Below are positions 40,781-52,772 of a DNA stretch of 64,000 bases, piece after piece. The stretch spans positions 17,701 through 81,700 of the forward strand of contig JBAMLT010000220.1 of NCBI GenBank assembly GCA_039793425.1, read 5' to 3'. This stretch comes from Caldisericota bacterium (GTDB lineage Bacteria; Caldisericota; Caldisericia; B22-G15). Within the stretch, counting starts at the first letter, position 1; each line of letters starts with the position of its first letter. The notes under the pieces were generated by a model, which did no database searches, was not told the origin of the DNA, and saw only the letters and a list, made by a program, of their open reading frames with translations. A program made the translations under genes and the position numbers.

Positions 40781-42877
40781 TTATGACTTTATAATCTCCT
40801 CAAATGAGCCAAAATTTTTCATAAGAGTTAAAATATTTTTAATTAAATTCAATCTATTGTTTTTTATGCTTTCATCCTTATCCATAACAAGAACCTGATC
40901 AAAAAAGTTATTTATTTTTTTAATTAGGTCGTTAGATTTATTAAAAAGTGTTGAAAAATCTAAAATTTCATTTTTCTCCAAATCATTTTTAACCATCTTA
41001 TAAACTTCAAATAATTCCTTCTCTTCGTCTTTTACAAAAAGTTCTTTTTTTATATCTAAAACTTCCTTATAATCTTTTGTGATATTAAAAATTCTTTTAT
41101 ATGCTTTTACAAATTCAATGAAATTTGAGTTATCATATATCTCTTTTATATATTTTGCATTTTTATAAGAATAATAAGGAATTAAATTCAATGAGTTTAA
41201 TACACAATTAATTATATCATATTGAATTCCATTTTCCTCAAATATCAATTTAAATCTACCTTTTACAAAATTTATAAGGTTATCGATATTAAAATCCTTT
41301 TTTAAACTTTCTGGATAGGTGCTTAAAGAATACTCTATTAAATTTTTTAAAGATAATTTATTTTCAAAAGATATCAGTAATTCTATTAGTGTGAATGATA
41401 TCCTTCTTAAACCCATTGGATCTTCTTTAGATGTTGGTTCTAAGTTTGTTATAAAAGAACCTGTAAGAGTATCAATCCTATCTACAATTCCAAGAATTTT
41501 AGAAAGATTATTTTTTGGTAATTTATCACTTCTTTTTCTTGGATAGATAAACTCACCAATTATTTCTCCAACAATTTTTTCTTCTTTTGAAATTGAAGAT
41601 AAAATTTTACCAATAATTCCATGAAGTTCTGGATATTCTTGAACTGTCAATGTGACAAGATCTGCATATGAAAGTAAAGCTGCTCTATCAAGAGCAATCC
41701 TTTCTTCTTCGCTTATTTTAATATCACCATAAATTTTAGAAAGTAATTTTATGATTCTTAGTGTTTTATCATAATATGTACCAAGATTTTTTTCAAAAAC
41801 TATTTTTTTTAAATCATCTATCCTATCTTTTAAATTTATTTCCTTATCTTTATTATAGAAAAATATTGCGTCATCTATCTTTGCTTTAATGATATTATAA
41901 AAACCTTCTTTAACAATTTCAGTTTTTCTATTTACACCATTTTGAACTCCAAAAACATAAACAATCTCATTGTTTTTAATTCCAGGAAAAACTCTTCCAC
42001 CTTTTTTTAAAATTTCTGTTAAAATTTCATCAGGTAAATTTTTTCCTATATTTGGAATTGGTAAATAGAAAACTTTAGGAGATTCTGTCAAATTTGTAAG
42101 TTCATCTAAAAGATCTTCATCTATATCTATTTTAACACCGAGTTCCTTTTCAAAAGAATTTAACTCCTCTATAATTTTCTCTTTTCTCTTATCAAAAGAA
42201 AGAATTATACCTTCACTCTCCATAATTTCAAAATAACTATTTGCATTTGATACTTTAATAAAATCTTTGCCTGACTTTAGAAATGGATGTGTTTTATTTT
42301 TTGATTCAACATTGCCAATCTTAATTTTTAATATTTCATCATCAATAAGAGCAAGAATCCATCTTATTGGTCTAATAAAAGTGACATTATCCCATTTCAT
42401 AGGTTTTTTTAAGGGTATTGAAAAAAGAATTTCATTAAAATTTTTCTCAATTATCTCTTTAACTAATTTTCCTTCAATATTTTTTTCAATGAACACATAT
42501 TCATCTTTACCAACTTTTTCAAATTTTAAATCTTCTAATTTACCCTGATTTTTTTCCATAAAACCAAGTAATGCTGATGTTGGTTCACCATTTGTTGAGA
42601 AAGCAATAGATCTTTTTGGCCCTTTAATTTTAACTACTCTATTCTGCTGATAGGAAGAAATATCTTCAATAAAAATGATAAGCCTTCTTGGTGTTGCAAA
42701 ATGTTCTATTTTCTTATATAAAATATTTTCTTTATCAAGAAAATTCTTAAAATTGTTTTTAAAATCTTCAATTGTATCATTTAAAAATCTTGCTGGTATT
42801 TCTTCAACGCCTACTTCAATCAGAAGATTCTTTCCCATTTTTCTCCTTAAGATATAGTTTTGCACATCTATTTGCAA
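40781..42877 (-). CDS. glyS: glycyl-tRNA synthetase beta subunit (true start probably the internal MGKNLLIEV Met at about 42838)
   Basis: N-terminal [14 protein letters not shown] motif of GlyS; about 690 aa. Confidence 0.9.
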   Translation of the reverse strand: MQIDVQNYILRRKMGKNLLIEVGVEEIPARFLNDTIEDFKNNFKNFLDKENILYKKIEHFATPRRLIIFIEDISSYQQNRVVKIKGPKRSIAFSTNGEPTSALLGFMEKNQGKLEDLKFEKVGKDEYVFIEKNIEGKLVKEIIEKNFNEILFSIPLKKPMKWDNVTFIRPIRWILALIDDEILKIKIGNVESKNKTHPFLKSGKDFIKVSNANSYFEIMESEGIILSFDKRKEKIIEELNSFEKELGVKIDIDEDLLDELTNLTESPKVFYLPIPNIGKNLPDEILTEILKKGGRVFPGIKNNEIVYVFGVQNGVNRKTEIVKEGFYNIIKAKIDDAIFFYNKDKEINLKDRIDDLKKIVFEKNLGTYYDKTLRIIKLLSKIYGDIKISEEERIALDRAALLSYADLVTLTVQEYPELHGIIGKILSSISKEEKIVGEIIGEFIYPRKRSDKLPKNNLSKILGIVDRIDTLTGSFITNLEPTSKEDPMGLRRISFTLIELLISFENKLSLKNLIEYSLSTYPESLKKDFNIDNLINFVKGRFKLIFEENGIQYDIINCVLNSLNLIPYYSYKNAKYIKEIYDNSNFIEFVKAYKRIFNITKDYKEVLDIKKELFVKDEEKELFEVYKMVKNDLEKNEILDFSTLFNKSNDLIKKINNFFDQVLVMDKDESIKNNRLNLIKNILTLMKNFGSFEEIIKS

Positions 42878-43676
42878 TGGATCTTATTCTTGTAATATAT
42901 TGAGTTCTTTCAGTCACTCCAAAAGCACCTCTTGCATCAAGAATATTAAAAATATGTGAAAGTTTTAAACAAAATTCATAAGAAGGAAGAATAAGATTTT
43001 TTGATAAAGTAACACTTGCTTCATTTTCATAAAAATCAAATACATTTCTTAGTTTTTCTATATTTGCTTCTTCAAATGAATAAATGCACATCTCTCTTTC
43101 TTCATTAAGTCTTAATTCACCATATTTTATGTCATCATTCCAGAGAATCTCAAAAATTGAATCTTTTTTCTGTAAAAAAAGTGCAATTCTTTCGAGACCA
43201 TAAGTTATTTCAACTGAAATAGGATTCAAATCAATTCCTCCTGCTTGTTGAAAATATGTAAATTGTGTTATTTCCATTCCATCACACCAAACTTCCCATC
43301 CAACTCCCCATGCACCAAGTGTTGGCGATTCCCAGTTATCTTCAACAAATCTTATGTCATGATCTTCTTCTTTTATACCAAGTTTTGCTAAACTATTTAT
43401 ATAAATTTTTATGACATCATCTGGAGGTGGCTTTAAAATTACTTGAAATTGATGATGCTTATATAATCTATTTGGATTATCTCCATATCTTCCATCTTGA
43501 GGTCTTCTGGAGGGTTGAATATAGGCAACTCTATATGGTTTATTACCTAAAACACCAAAAAAGGTTAAAGGACTCATTGTTCCAGCACCAACTTCTATAT
43601 CAAATCCTTCACCTATTATGCAATTCTCTTTACTCCAGAAGATTCTTAATTCAGTTATAATATCCTGAAAAGTCAT
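42816..43676 (-). CDS. glyQ: glycyl-tRNA synthetase alpha subunit
   Basis: [14 protein letters not shown]...[20 protein letters not shown] highly conserved GlyQ sequence. Confidence 0.9.
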   Translation of the reverse strand: MTFQDIITELRIFWSKENCIIGEGFDIEVGAGTMSPLTFFGVLGNKPYRVAYIQPSRRPQDGRYGDNPNRLYKHHQFQVILKPPPDDVIKIYINSLAKLGIKEEDHDIRFVEDNWESPTLGAWGVGWEVWCDGMEITQFTYFQQAGGIDLNPISVEITYGLERIALFLQKKDSIFEILWNDDIKYGELRLNEEREMCIYSFEEANIEKLRNVFDFYENEASVTLSKNLILPSYEFCLKLSHIFNILDARGAFGVTERTQYITRIRSIANRCAKLYLKEKNGKESSD

Positions 43677-43823
43677 ATCTTAAAAATTATACTATAAATA
43701 AAAACTTATACAAATAGATAAGTAATTTGATAATATGTTAAAAATTAAAGTGTGTTATTTTATTTAAATTTTATATAATATAACTAACTGAATAGTTTTT
43801 AAAATTTTAGGTTAGAGGTATTA

Positions 43824-45107
43824 ATGGAAAAACCGAGTGGTTTTAAAGGTTTTACTTTTATGTCAATAGGACAATTCATATCAATGGTAGGTTCAGCAAT
43901 GACTCAATTTGGCCTTGCTATCTGGATATGGAAAGTCAGTGGAAATGCAACACCATTCAGTATTATTTCAACTCTATTTTTTATTCCAAATTTAATCTTT
44001 TCACCATTTGCAGGTGCACTTATTGACAGATGGCCTCTTAAAAGATCTCTAATTCTTCCAGATCTTGCAGCAGGAATCGTAACCATTTTAACTTTAATTC
44101 TTTATTTATTAAATAGATTGAACCTTCCTTTTTTATATATAGCATCATTTGTGTCTGGAACATTTAATGCATTTCAATGGCCAGCATATTCTGTAACAAT
44201 AAGTGTTATGCTGAAAAAAGAAGATTATGGAAGAGCAAATGGCCTTTTCTCAATGGTTGAAAATGGCCCTATTATTATTGCACCAATACTTGCAGGAATC
44301 TTAATACCAATTATTAATCTTTCTGGAGTGATGATAATTGATATTATAACATTTCTTTTTGCAATAGGTGTTGTTTTATGGGTATTTATTCCAAAAATTG
44401 AAAGGAAGGTAAGTGAAGCTAAAACAAATTTATTTAAAGATGCGTATTTTGGTTTTAAATATATTTTTGAAAAAAAGCCACTTCTTGCACTTTTAACTGT
44501 ATTTTTATTTGTGAATTTTTTTGGTGGATTTGTTAATACTCTAATAGCTCCTTTAATTCTTTCTAAAACAAATAATAGTAGTATTGCTCTTGGAGTTGTT
44601 CAGACATCTTTCGGAATAGGAGGTTTGGTTGGCGGATTGATTATGACAGTATGGGGTGGGACAAAAAAGAAAGTTTATTCTTTAATTGGAGGGATATTAT
44701 TAAGTAGTGTCGGTATGATTTTCTTTGGCTTAACTAAAACTGTAATATTTCTATCAATATCTGGTTTTTTTATAATGTTTCTTAATGTCATCACAAACTC
44801 CTCAAGTCAAGCAATATGGCAATCAAAAGTTCCTCCAAATCTTCAGGGAAGAGTTTTTTCAGCAAGAAGAGTTATAGCACAACTTGTTGGAACAATCCCA
44901 ATGATAACAAGTGGTCCTATTGTTGATAAATTTTTATATAAATTTTTCATAGATTCCAATAAATTCTTTAACTATTTTGGTATAGGTAAAGGTGGGGCAC
45001 TTTCATTTCTTGCTGTTTTTTCTGGTATTCTTACAGTAATAGTCGCAATAGTTGCATTTGCAAATAAATTAGTTATGAATGTTGAAAGCATTGATATAAA
45101 CAGGTAA
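43824..45107 (+). CDS. MFS transporter
   Basis: 427 aa, 12 TM; GALIDRWPLKRS motif resembles MFS loop 2-3 signature. Confidence 0.7.
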   Translation: MEKPSGFKGFTFMSIGQFISMVGSAMTQFGLAIWIWKVSGNATPFSIISTLFFIPNLIFSPFAGALIDRWPLKRSLILPDLAAGIVTILTLILYLLNRLNLPFLYIASFVSGTFNAFQWPAYSVTISVMLKKEDYGRANGLFSMVENGPIIIAPILAGILIPIINLSGVMIIDIITFLFAIGVVLWVFIPKIERKVSEAKTNLFKDAYFGFKYIFEKKPLLALLTVFLFVNFFGGFVNTLIAPLILSKTNNSSIALGVVQTSFGIGGLVGGLIMTVWGGTKKKVYSLIGGILLSSVGMIFFGLTKTVIFLSISGFFIMFLNVITNSSSQAIWQSKVPPNLQGRVFSARRVIAQLVGTIPMITSGPIVDKFLYKFFIDSNKFFNYFGIGKGGALSFLAVFSGILTVIVAIVAFANKLVMNVESIDINR

Positions 45108-45153
45108 GTAGTTAAAATTTAATTTTTAAATTAAAACATATATAATTAAAAAA

Positions 45154-45915
45154 ATGTTTATAAAAATTGTAGATAAAAAAAATGAAGCCGAGGATGTATT
45201 AAATTTTGTTGGTAGTAATTTATTTAATGGTGAAAGGTTAAATAGATATATAAAAATAAGAATGGATGGATTTTGTGATTTAGAAATAATTGATGAAAAA
45301 TATCTTTATAAAAATCCTTATAAAAATACAAAAATATTTGCTGCATTAGATGATGATTTAAATTTAATAGGTGGTATGACGCTAAAATTTTATCTATGGG
45401 AAAAATTAAGAAAACAATACTTTTTTAAAATTGATAGTGACCATAATCAAAATAAAACTTTAATTTCAGTTGAACATATCGAAAATATTGTAAAAAATAA
45501 TTTCCATGAAATAGATATTAATGATATTAAAGTTTCAATAGAACTTGATTCTTTTGCAGTTAAAAGTGAATTAAGAGGAAAAGGTGTTGGTAAAATGCTT
45601 CTCGAAAAATTTGTTGAAGAAGCAAAAAATAGCCCTTTAAGTTCAATTTTTGCTTTTACAATTATTCTTGGAAAATATTCAAAACTAAAAATTGGCGAAT
45701 TTTTCATGAAATATTTTTTTAATGGAAATACAAATTTACCGAAACAAAAACTACCTTTAAAAGAAACTTTAAAAATTTTAAATTTACCTTATGATATATT
45801 TAAGGTTAATGAAGGTTCATATGGAACTCTTATATTATCGAAAAAATTTAATTTTAAGTTTCTTGGATTTGGGAAATATCTTGGTGAAACATGGGGTTAT
45901 GTTTTCAAGGATTAA
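45154..45915 (+). CDS. hypothetical protein with GNAT-like acetyl-CoA binding motif
   Basis: ELRGKGVGKMLLEKFVEEAK resembles GNAT motif A; otherwise unassigned. Confidence 0.3.
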   Translation: MFIKIVDKKNEAEDVLNFVGSNLFNGERLNRYIKIRMDGFCDLEIIDEKYLYKNPYKNTKIFAALDDDLNLIGGMTLKFYLWEKLRKQYFFKIDSDHNQNKTLISVEHIENIVKNNFHEIDINDIKVSIELDSFAVKSELRGKGVGKMLLEKFVEEAKNSPLSSIFAFTIILGKYSKLKIGEFFMKYFFNGNTNLPKQKLPLKETLKILNLPYDIFKVNEGSYGTLILSKKFNFKFLGFGKYLGETWGYVFKD

Positions 45916-45921
45916 TTAAAT

Positions 45922-46512
45922 ATGGAAAAAATTGATCTTAAAAGAAGTGCACTATTAATAATTGATATGGAGTATGGATTTTTAGATAAAAGTTCTCCTC
46001 TTTTTGTTCAAAATAGTCATGAAATTATTCCAAATATTAAAAAAATATTGAATCTATTTAGAAAGAAAAAATTATCAGTTATATTTATTAAAAGGGAACA
46101 TAGAAAAAGTGGAGTTGATATTGATAAAACAAGAATTAAAATATTTAAAGAAAATAGAGGCATAATAATTGAAAATGATGGGTCTTCAGAAATAATAAAA
46201 GAATTAAAACCAAAAAGTGATGAAATTATTGTTATTAAAAGAAGATGGTCTGCATTTTTTGGAACTGAACTTGACCTCATTTTGAGAAGATTAAATATTA
46301 AAAATTTAATCATAACAGGTGTTCAAACACCGAATTGTATAAGAGCAACAGTTTTTGATGCCTTATCATATGATTATGATGTTATTGTTATTTCTGATGG
46401 AACCGCTTCAAATAATACTGAAATTCAGAAAAATAATCTTTCTGATATGGAAAATATAGGAGTTAAAATTTTAAATACAGACGAATTTATTAATTTTTTA
46501 AATAAATTCTAA
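45922..46512 (+). CDS. isochorismatase-family cysteine hydrolase
   Basis: ALLIIDMEYGF N-terminal motif and catalytic-Cys region ITGVQTPNCIRATVFDA. Confidence 0.7.
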   Translation: MEKIDLKRSALLIIDMEYGFLDKSSPLFVQNSHEIIPNIKKILNLFRKKKLSVIFIKREHRKSGVDIDKTRIKIFKENRGIIIENDGSSEIIKELKPKSDEIIVIKRRWSAFFGTELDLILRRLNIKNLIITGVQTPNCIRATVFDALSYDYDVIVISDGTASNNTEIQKNNLSDMENIGVKILNTDEFINFLNKF

Positions 46513-47153
46513 ATTTTATTTTTAAAGTAATCTCTTTTAAAATCCTCAATTGCTTTTTTGCTTAAAGGATTAGTTAAAATTTCTTCAAAAATATTAGGAG
46601 GAATAGTTGCTGCATCACTTCCGAAAGAAAATGCTTCTTCAATTTCTTTTGAACTTCTGAAACTTGCTGAAAGAATTTTTATATTCAAATTATTTTCTTT
46701 GATTATATTTTTGGCATCCTTAATAATTTTTAAAGGTTCTCCTCCATATCTTCCAATTCTATTTATATAAGGAATGATGTAAAGAGGCTTATAAGGTAAA
46801 GATAAGATTATTTGACTAAGAGAAAATATTGCTGTTATTGAAAATGGAATATTTTCTTTTTTGAATAATTTTAAACTCTTTAGTCCCTCATTTGAAAAAG
46901 GGATTTTTAAAATAGTTTTTTCAGGATAAAGTTTATAGTAGGATTTACTTTCATCAAAAATTTTTATGTAATCTTCTTCTATTGTTTGAATAAAAATATT
47001 CAAATTCAATCTTTTACATAAATTTATAACATCAATTAAATTAACATCTTCTTTTGATAATATTGAAGGATTTGTTGTAATTCCATTTATCAAACCCAAA
47101 TCAAAATATTTTTCAATCTCTTTTAAATTAGCGCTATCTAAAAATATCTCCAT
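46509..47153 (-). CDS. transaldolase / fructose-6-phosphate aldolase family protein
   Basis: MEIFLDSANLKEIEKYFDLGLINGITTNPS N-terminus; 214 aa as in the Fsa/TalC subfamily. Confidence 0.8.
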   Translation of the reverse strand: MEIFLDSANLKEIEKYFDLGLINGITTNPSILSKEDVNLIDVINLCKRLNLNIFIQTIEEDYIKIFDESKSYYKLYPEKTILKIPFSNEGLKSLKLFKKENIPFSITAIFSLSQIILSLPYKPLYIIPYINRIGRYGGEPLKIIKDAKNIIKENNLNIKILSASFRSSKEIEEAFSFGSDAATIPPNIFEEILTNPLSKKAIEDFKRDYFKNKI

Positions 47154-47195
47154 TTCTGATACAATTATATTACATTGTTTTAAGGAGGTAAAGCG

Positions 47196-48134
47196 ATGAA
47201 ATTAAAAGAGATATACGAATTCTTCATAAGTTCTGGAATTAAAAATGACCCAAGAGGAGATAAAGAGGTAAAAGATTTACTTATTGAAAGAAAAAAAGAA
47301 TATGAAAAAATGTCTAATGAAGAGAAGGAGTATTTTGATAAAGAAAGTTTAACTAATCCATATGGTGATACAAGAATTCTTTATGGAACAGGTGATGAAG
47401 AGATAAAGTCATTGATTGCAGGCATTGACATTGAAACTGCTGAAATTATGTTAGGAAAAGAACTTGGTTTTGACCTTGTCCTTGCTCATCATCCAAGAGG
47501 AATCGCTCTTTTAAATCTTCCAAATGTTATGAAACTTCAAGAGGATGCGTTAATTCATCATGGTATACCAATTAATATAAGTGAGAAGTTGATGTCTAAA
47601 AGAATTTCTGAAGTTGATAGAATGTTAACACCTCGAAATGCATATTTGGCTGTTGATTCTGCACGTTTATTAAAACAACTATTCATGTGCTGCCATACTC
47701 CTGCAGATAATAATGTTCACCATTTTCTTACAGAGTTATTCAATAAAGAAAAACCAAAATATGTTAAAGATATTATTGATCTACTCTTAACTATTCCAGA
47801 ATATAAAGAAGCAAAAAAGATGGGATTTGGTCCAAAAGTTTTTAGTGGTGATTTAAAAAGTAAAGCAGGAAAAATTATTGTTGATATGACAGGTGGAACC
47901 GAAGGGGCAAAAGAGTTAATGAAGAAATTCTCTGATTCAGGTATTGGAACTGTGGTTGGTATGCATTTTTCAGAGGAACACAAAAAAGAAGCAGAAGAAA
48001 ATTATGTAAATCTTGTAGTTGCTGGCCATATGTCATCTGATTCTATAGGTATGAATTTACTTCTTGATGAAATTGAGAAAAAAGGTGTTAAAGTAGAATC
48101 ATTCTCTGGTCTTATAAGAGTTAAGAGATTTTAA
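47196..48134 (+). CDS. NIF3-family dinuclear-metal-centre protein (YqfO/YbgI-like)
   Basis: LAHHP, CHTPAD and C-terminal AGHMSSDS motifs align with NIF3 metal ligand motifs. Confidence 0.5.
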   Translation: MKLKEIYEFFISSGIKNDPRGDKEVKDLLIERKKEYEKMSNEEKEYFDKESLTNPYGDTRILYGTGDEEIKSLIAGIDIETAEIMLGKELGFDLVLAHHPRGIALLNLPNVMKLQEDALIHHGIPINISEKLMSKRISEVDRMLTPRNAYLAVDSARLLKQLFMCCHTPADNNVHHFLTELFNKEKPKYVKDIIDLLLTIPEYKEAKKMGFGPKVFSGDLKSKAGKIIVDMTGGTEGAKELMKKFSDSGIGTVVGMHFSEEHKKEAEENYVNLVVAGHMSSDSIGMNLLLDEIEKKGVKVESFSGLIRVKRF

Positions 48135-48182
48135 TTTTTAACACACTTTACAAAAGTAGACAGCCTATTTTGTAAACTAAAA

Positions 48183-48210
48183 GGAGACCAAATTTGGTCT
48201 CCTTTTTTTT
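48183..48210 (+). terminator. rho-independent terminator (GGAGACC-AAATTT-GGTCTCC followed by T8)
   Basis: Perfect 7-bp GC-rich stem with T-run, between convergent genes. Confidence 0.75.
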
Positions 48211-48230
48211 ATTTATTGATTTAAAAATTT

Positions 48231-49568
48231 TTAAAATTCTGTTTTTCCAGTAAAATTAAAATCTTTTACCCTTATATAGGGAACAACACTCACATGAGCA
48301 TCTCCTCTTTGAAGTTTTCTCTCTTTTGAAATTTCAACAATATTATTCATAAGTTCAACCATATCCTGAGTGAATCTTAGATTTTTTATTGGGTAACTAA
48401 TCTTTCCATCTTCAATTACAAATGTTCCATCTCTTGTCATACCTGTTATTATTACTCTTTTTGGATCAATTGGATTTGTATAATGAAATCTTGAAATATA
48501 AACACCCTTTTTTACATTTTTTATCATATCGGCAAGGCTACTTTCCCCCTCTTTCATAAATAGATTTAAAGCAAATGGTCCAAGAGAGTTTGGTTGAGGA
48601 AGTGCATGTCCAGTATTTTCTTTATTGAATTTATATGCATGATATGAATCATAAACAACATTTTTCGCAATACCATTTTCAATTAGAATAACTTTCTTTT
48701 TTGGAACACCTTCAAAATCAAAAGATATAGGTGCTCCAAGTAAATCATATCCATCATCCCATATAGTTACATTTTCTCCAAAAACCTTTTCATTGAGTTT
48801 TCCACTCATAAAACTTGTATCTTGATGGAAACTTTTTGCTCCAAAAGAAAGATAAGCAAAAAAGAATAAAATATCTTCTACAGCATAAGGTGAAAGTATA
48901 ACTTCATATTTTCCTGGTTCTAAATTTTTAGGATTTTTCCCAGTTAATGCTTTTTCAATTGCTTCATCTGCAAGTTCAATTTCATTTAAATCATTAAACT
49001 TCATACTGAATCTATCAGCAAATCCTGAAGAATCCTCACCCATTATTACAGTTGTTAATGTTATTGATGAATATGGTTGATAAACTTCAATTCCTCTTGA
49101 ATTTACGACAGCATATTCTTCAAAATCAACGGATAAAGCACCAGCAGCAGTTAGTGATTTTTTAGTTGCCTTATCAATGACATTTTTAACTTTATCAGCC
49201 ATATCAGAAGGAGTAACCTTTAAGTTTTCATCAAAAAAAGTTTTAACATCTTTTATTTCTTCTTTTTCAGGCAATTTTACAAAAGAGTCATCCTCTTTTG
49301 TAAAGTTAAGTATCTCTTCAGCATCCTTTACTGCTTTTTTAATTCCTTCGGTCGTTAGATTGTTTGTTTCAACAAAACCTATCTTTTTATTTTTTATAAC
49401 TCTAACCCTTATTTGACTGTTACTTTCTTTAACATTCTGGTGAATGTATGAATTAGCATATCTTGTCAAAGATGATTCTTTTCCAAGATAAAGAAGTTCT
49501 ATTTCATCTCCAATACTAAACTTAAGCCCATTTTTTAAAACATTTAAAATTTCTTCTTTTCCTCTCAT
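48231..49568 (-). CDS. pmbA: TldD/PmbA-family metalloprotease subunit (PmbA/TldE-like)
   Basis: 445 aa TldD/PmbA fold without HExxxH; paired with tldD upstream. Confidence 0.7.
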   Translation of the reverse strand: MRGKEEILNVLKNGLKFSIGDEIELLYLGKESSLTRYANSYIHQNVKESNSQIRVRVIKNKKIGFVETNNLTTEGIKKAVKDAEEILNFTKEDDSFVKLPEKEEIKDVKTFFDENLKVTPSDMADKVKNVIDKATKKSLTAAGALSVDFEEYAVVNSRGIEVYQPYSSITLTTVIMGEDSSGFADRFSMKFNDLNEIELADEAIEKALTGKNPKNLEPGKYEVILSPYAVEDILFFFAYLSFGAKSFHQDTSFMSGKLNEKVFGENVTIWDDGYDLLGAPISFDFEGVPKKKVILIENGIAKNVVYDSYHAYKFNKENTGHALPQPNSLGPFALNLFMKEGESSLADMIKNVKKGVYISRFHYTNPIDPKRVIITGMTRDGTFVIEDGKISYPIKNLRFTQDMVELMNNIVEISKERKLQRGDAHVSVVPYIRVKDFNFTGKTEF

Positions 49569-51010
49569 CTTACAACTCCCACTCTTACATTCCTAAATCT
49601 TGCAGGTGCTGTGCCATGTGAAACCTGCATAATTTGTGGAGGTTCTCCTTTTCCACAGTTTGGAACACCCCATACATGCCACAAATCCTCATTACCAACA
49701 CCATCACAGGATCTCCAGAATTCATAACTTATTCCAGTATAAGTTGGATTTTTTATCATATCACCAAGTTTTCCATCTTTTATTTCCCAGCCAATTTCGC
49801 ATCCAAATTGAAAGTTCAATCTCTTATCATCAATTGACCAACTCTTATTTGTCTCAACATAAATTCCATCTTTAATGCCTGAAATTAAATCCTCAAATGT
49901 CATATCGAGAGGCTCCAAATTTATTGAAGTCATCCTAATTAAAGGAATTCTATTCCAACCATCTGCTCTCATTGCACCCATTGGCTTTAAGCCAACTTTA
50001 TGTGCAGTTTCTCGTGATGTAAGATAACCAACAAATGCTCCTTCCTTAACAAGATAAACTCTTTGTGCTTTTACTCCCTCATCATCATATTTAAATCCAC
50101 CAAGTGCATGTGGAATAGTGGCATCTGCTGTAATGTTCACCTTTTTTGAACCATACATAAAATTATTGAGTTTTTCTGGAGTTAAAAATGATGTACCTGC
50201 ATAGGATGCTTCCATTCCAAAAACTCTATCAAGTTCAACTGGATGACCTAAGGATTCATGAACCTGAAGCGCCATCTGATCTCCACTAATAACAATATCC
50301 ATAAATCCTTGAGGGCAAGGTTTTGCTTTTAAAAGTTCAACACTCTGTTTTGCAACTCTATCACTATTTTCTATCAATTTAAGAGTTTCAATAAATTCCC
50401 ATCCTGAAACAGAGAAATCTCCACCTAATGCTGCCGGATAACTTCTCCTTTGAACTTCGCCTGTATCACCTATTGCATATGCTTCAATACCACTACCTGA
50501 AACAATTCTATCTTGAACAATAAAAGAACCTTCGGTTGAAACAAAAAATTTTTTCTGCTTATCAAAATATAAACTTCCTCTTCTTATTTTGACTGGTTTA
50601 TAATTTGACATTATTTTATCGACTTCATAAAGTAAATTCAGTTTTTTATCCAAACCAACAGTGAATGGATCAATTTTAATATCTGGTATGTATTCATCTT
50701 CATAAATTTCTATCTCTGATAAGATAACATCCTCTTTTTTAATCTTACTTGAAGCTTTAGCTATGTTTATTGCCTCATCAAGTACTTTTTCCATTTCATA
50801 TTTATCAACTTTTGAAGAAGATGAAAAGCCCCATGCTCCATTTAATAAAACTCTAATTCCAAAACCTTTTGAAAAAGATTTTCCAATACCCTGAACATTT
50901 CCATTTTCAGTTTCTATCGTTTCTATTTCATCTTCAATAAGTCTTATGTCAGAGTAAGTAACCCCTCTTTTTTTGGCCTCATCCATTATCCACCTTAATA
51001 CATCCCTCAT
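49565..51010 (-). CDS. tldD: metalloprotease TldD
   Basis: 481 aa with HESLGHPVELD zinc-binding motif. Confidence 0.8.
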   Translation of the reverse strand: MRDVLRWIMDEAKKRGVTYSDIRLIEDEIETIETENGNVQGIGKSFSKGFGIRVLLNGAWGFSSSSKVDKYEMEKVLDEAINIAKASSKIKKEDVILSEIEIYEDEYIPDIKIDPFTVGLDKKLNLLYEVDKIMSNYKPVKIRRGSLYFDKQKKFFVSTEGSFIVQDRIVSGSGIEAYAIGDTGEVQRRSYPAALGGDFSVSGWEFIETLKLIENSDRVAKQSVELLKAKPCPQGFMDIVISGDQMALQVHESLGHPVELDRVFGMEASYAGTSFLTPEKLNNFMYGSKKVNITADATIPHALGGFKYDDEGVKAQRVYLVKEGAFVGYLTSRETAHKVGLKPMGAMRADGWNRIPLIRMTSINLEPLDMTFEDLISGIKDGIYVETNKSWSIDDKRLNFQFGCEIGWEIKDGKLGDMIKNPTYTGISYEFWRSCDGVGNEDLWHVWGVPNCGKGEPPQIMQVSHGTAPARFRNVRVGVVR

Positions 51011-51019
51011 GTTACCTCC

Positions 51020-51907
51020 TTAGAATGTTAAACTTTTTAATCTTTTAATCCTATCCTCTATTGGAGGATGTGTAGCAAAATATTTTTCACCTGCAAATGG
51101 ACTTGATATAAATAGATGTGCAGTTGCATCTGATGCTACCTGCATAGGTTTTTTATAAGAACCAATTTTTTCTAAGGCAGATGCAAGACCATATGGGTCT
51201 CTTACTATATAAGCACCATCTGCATCAGCAAGATACTCTCTCTGTCTTGAAATTGCTGCTCTAATTAAAGCAACAAGTATAGGTGATACAATTGCTAAAA
51301 TCAGTCCTATAATCATCAGGATTCCGTTGGCATTATCTCTATCTCTTCCTCTTCTCCCTCCACCAAGCCACATACTTCTTAAGAAAATATCCCTAAGAAG
51401 TATTATCAAACCAACAACAATTCCAATTACAGTCATAAGTAAGATATCATAATTTCTTATATGTGACATTTCATGAGCGATAACTCCCTGCAATTCTTCA
51501 CGATTCATCATCTGAAGTAAACCTGTTGTAACACAGATTGATGCATTTTGAGGGTTTCTTCCTGTTGCAAAAGCATTTGGCTGCGTTTCATTCATAACAA
51601 AAACTTTTGGTTTAGGAATACCAGCAGCAACACTCACCTCTTCAACAACATTATGAAGAACCTTAAAATCTTCTTCTTTTGCAGGAATTGCACCAACAGA
51701 AACAAGTGCTATTTTATCAGAATTGTAGTAAACAATTATATTATATAGAATAACAAACAATCCAATGAATATTAATCCTATTGTTCCCCATTCCAAAGCA
51801 TAAACAAAAAGATATCCTATGCCAATTAAGAGTATTGAAAAAATTACTAAAAAGAGAAAAGTTCTTCTTTTGTTTTCTCCAATTAATTCATAAAGAGTTC
51901 TCTTCAT
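51020..51907 (-). CDS. htpX: M48-family zinc metalloprotease HtpX
   Basis: [10 protein letters not shown] HExxH motif, N-terminal TM helices. Confidence 0.85.
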   Translation of the reverse strand: MKRTLYELIGENKRRTFLFLVIFSILLIGIGYLFVYALEWGTIGLIFIGLFVILYNIIVYYNSDKIALVSVGAIPAKEEDFKVLHNVVEEVSVAAGIPKPKVFVMNETQPNAFATGRNPQNASICVTTGLLQMMNREELQGVIAHEMSHIRNYDILLMTVIGIVVGLIILLRDIFLRSMWLGGGRRGRDRDNANGILMIIGLILAIVSPILVALIRAAISRQREYLADADGAYIVRDPYGLASALEKIGSYKKPMQVASDATAHLFISSPFAGEKYFATHPPIEDRIKRLKSLTF

Positions 51908-51910
51908 TTA

Positions 51911-52459
51911 TTAAAAACTTACTTTCACTGTACCTCTTTCTTCTTCGGGCACTGGATAATATTCAGAAGGAGTAAGTCCCATAATTCTTGCAACTATTGC
52001 TGCTGGAATTTTTTCTTGAGACATATTATATCTCATAACAATATCATTATAGAATTGACGAGAAAAAGCGATTTTATTCTCGGTATTTGTTAACTCCTCC
52101 TGAAGTTTTAAAAAGTTCTCATTTGCTTTAAGTTCTGGATAATTTTCAGCAACTGCAAAAAGTGTCTTTAAAGCACCAGTTAACATATTATTTGCTTCAC
52201 CAACTTCTTTTGGTCCAGAAGCACTCATTGCCCTTGTTCTAAGTTCAGTAACATTTTCAAAAACTTCTCTTTCATGTTTTGCATAACCTTTAACTGTTTC
52301 AACAAGATTTGGAATTAAATCATATCTTCTCTTAAGTTGCACATCAATCTGAGCCCATGCATTTTTGACTCTGTTTTTTAAAGTGATGAACATATTGTAT
52401 GTTCCGATAAACCAGAAGACGATCACAGCAACAATTAATAAAATGATCCAAGTAAGCAT
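51911..52459 (-). CDS. lemA: LemA family protein
   Basis: 182 aa; N-terminal TM plus LemA conserved region; canonical lemA-htpX pairing. Confidence 0.8.
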   Translation of the reverse strand: MLTWIILLIVAVIVFWFIGTYNMFITLKNRVKNAWAQIDVQLKRRYDLIPNLVETVKGYAKHEREVFENVTELRTRAMSASGPKEVGEANNMLTGALKTLFAVAENYPELKANENFLKLQEELTNTENKIAFSRQFYNDIVMRYNMSQEKIPAAIVARIMGLTPSEYYPVPEEERGTVKVSF

Positions 52460-52512
52460 CTTTCACCTCCAATTTTTATTAATTATACTTTAAATTATAT
52501 AATAAAGATAGT

Positions 52513-52710
52513 TTATAAATTTTTTATATTATAGATGTATACAAGGTATAAAGATAAAAAAACTGAGATTATTGCAAAAATTATAAGAAAGAGGGGTGAA
52601 GTTTTTAATAATTTATCAATCAAAATACCAAAATATATAAATATTAAAGTTATGGATAAGAAAATTAAAACTATCCCAATTATTATTTGTAACAAATTCT
52701 TATTTTTCAT
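52513..52710 (-). CDS. small two-TM membrane protein (hypothetical)
   Basis: 65 aa, two hydrophobic helices; in a divergent promoter region, so coding status uncertain. Confidence 0.25.
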   Translation of the reverse strand: MKNKNLLQIIIGIVLIFLSITLIFIYFGILIDKLLKTSPLFLIIFAIISVFLSLYLVYIYNIKNL

Positions 52711-52772
52711 ATCTCTTTTATTATATAAAAGAAATATTTTTTAGTTTTTAAAAATGGTATAATAGTTTAAAG

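Noticed and set aside
43677-43823. T-box riboswitch leader upstream of glyQS (and trpS)
   Set aside because: Only about 147 bp separate glyQ from the divergent MFS gene, and no T-box consensus (AATTAGGGTGGNACCGCG) is present. trpS has no leader at all; it overlaps lysS.
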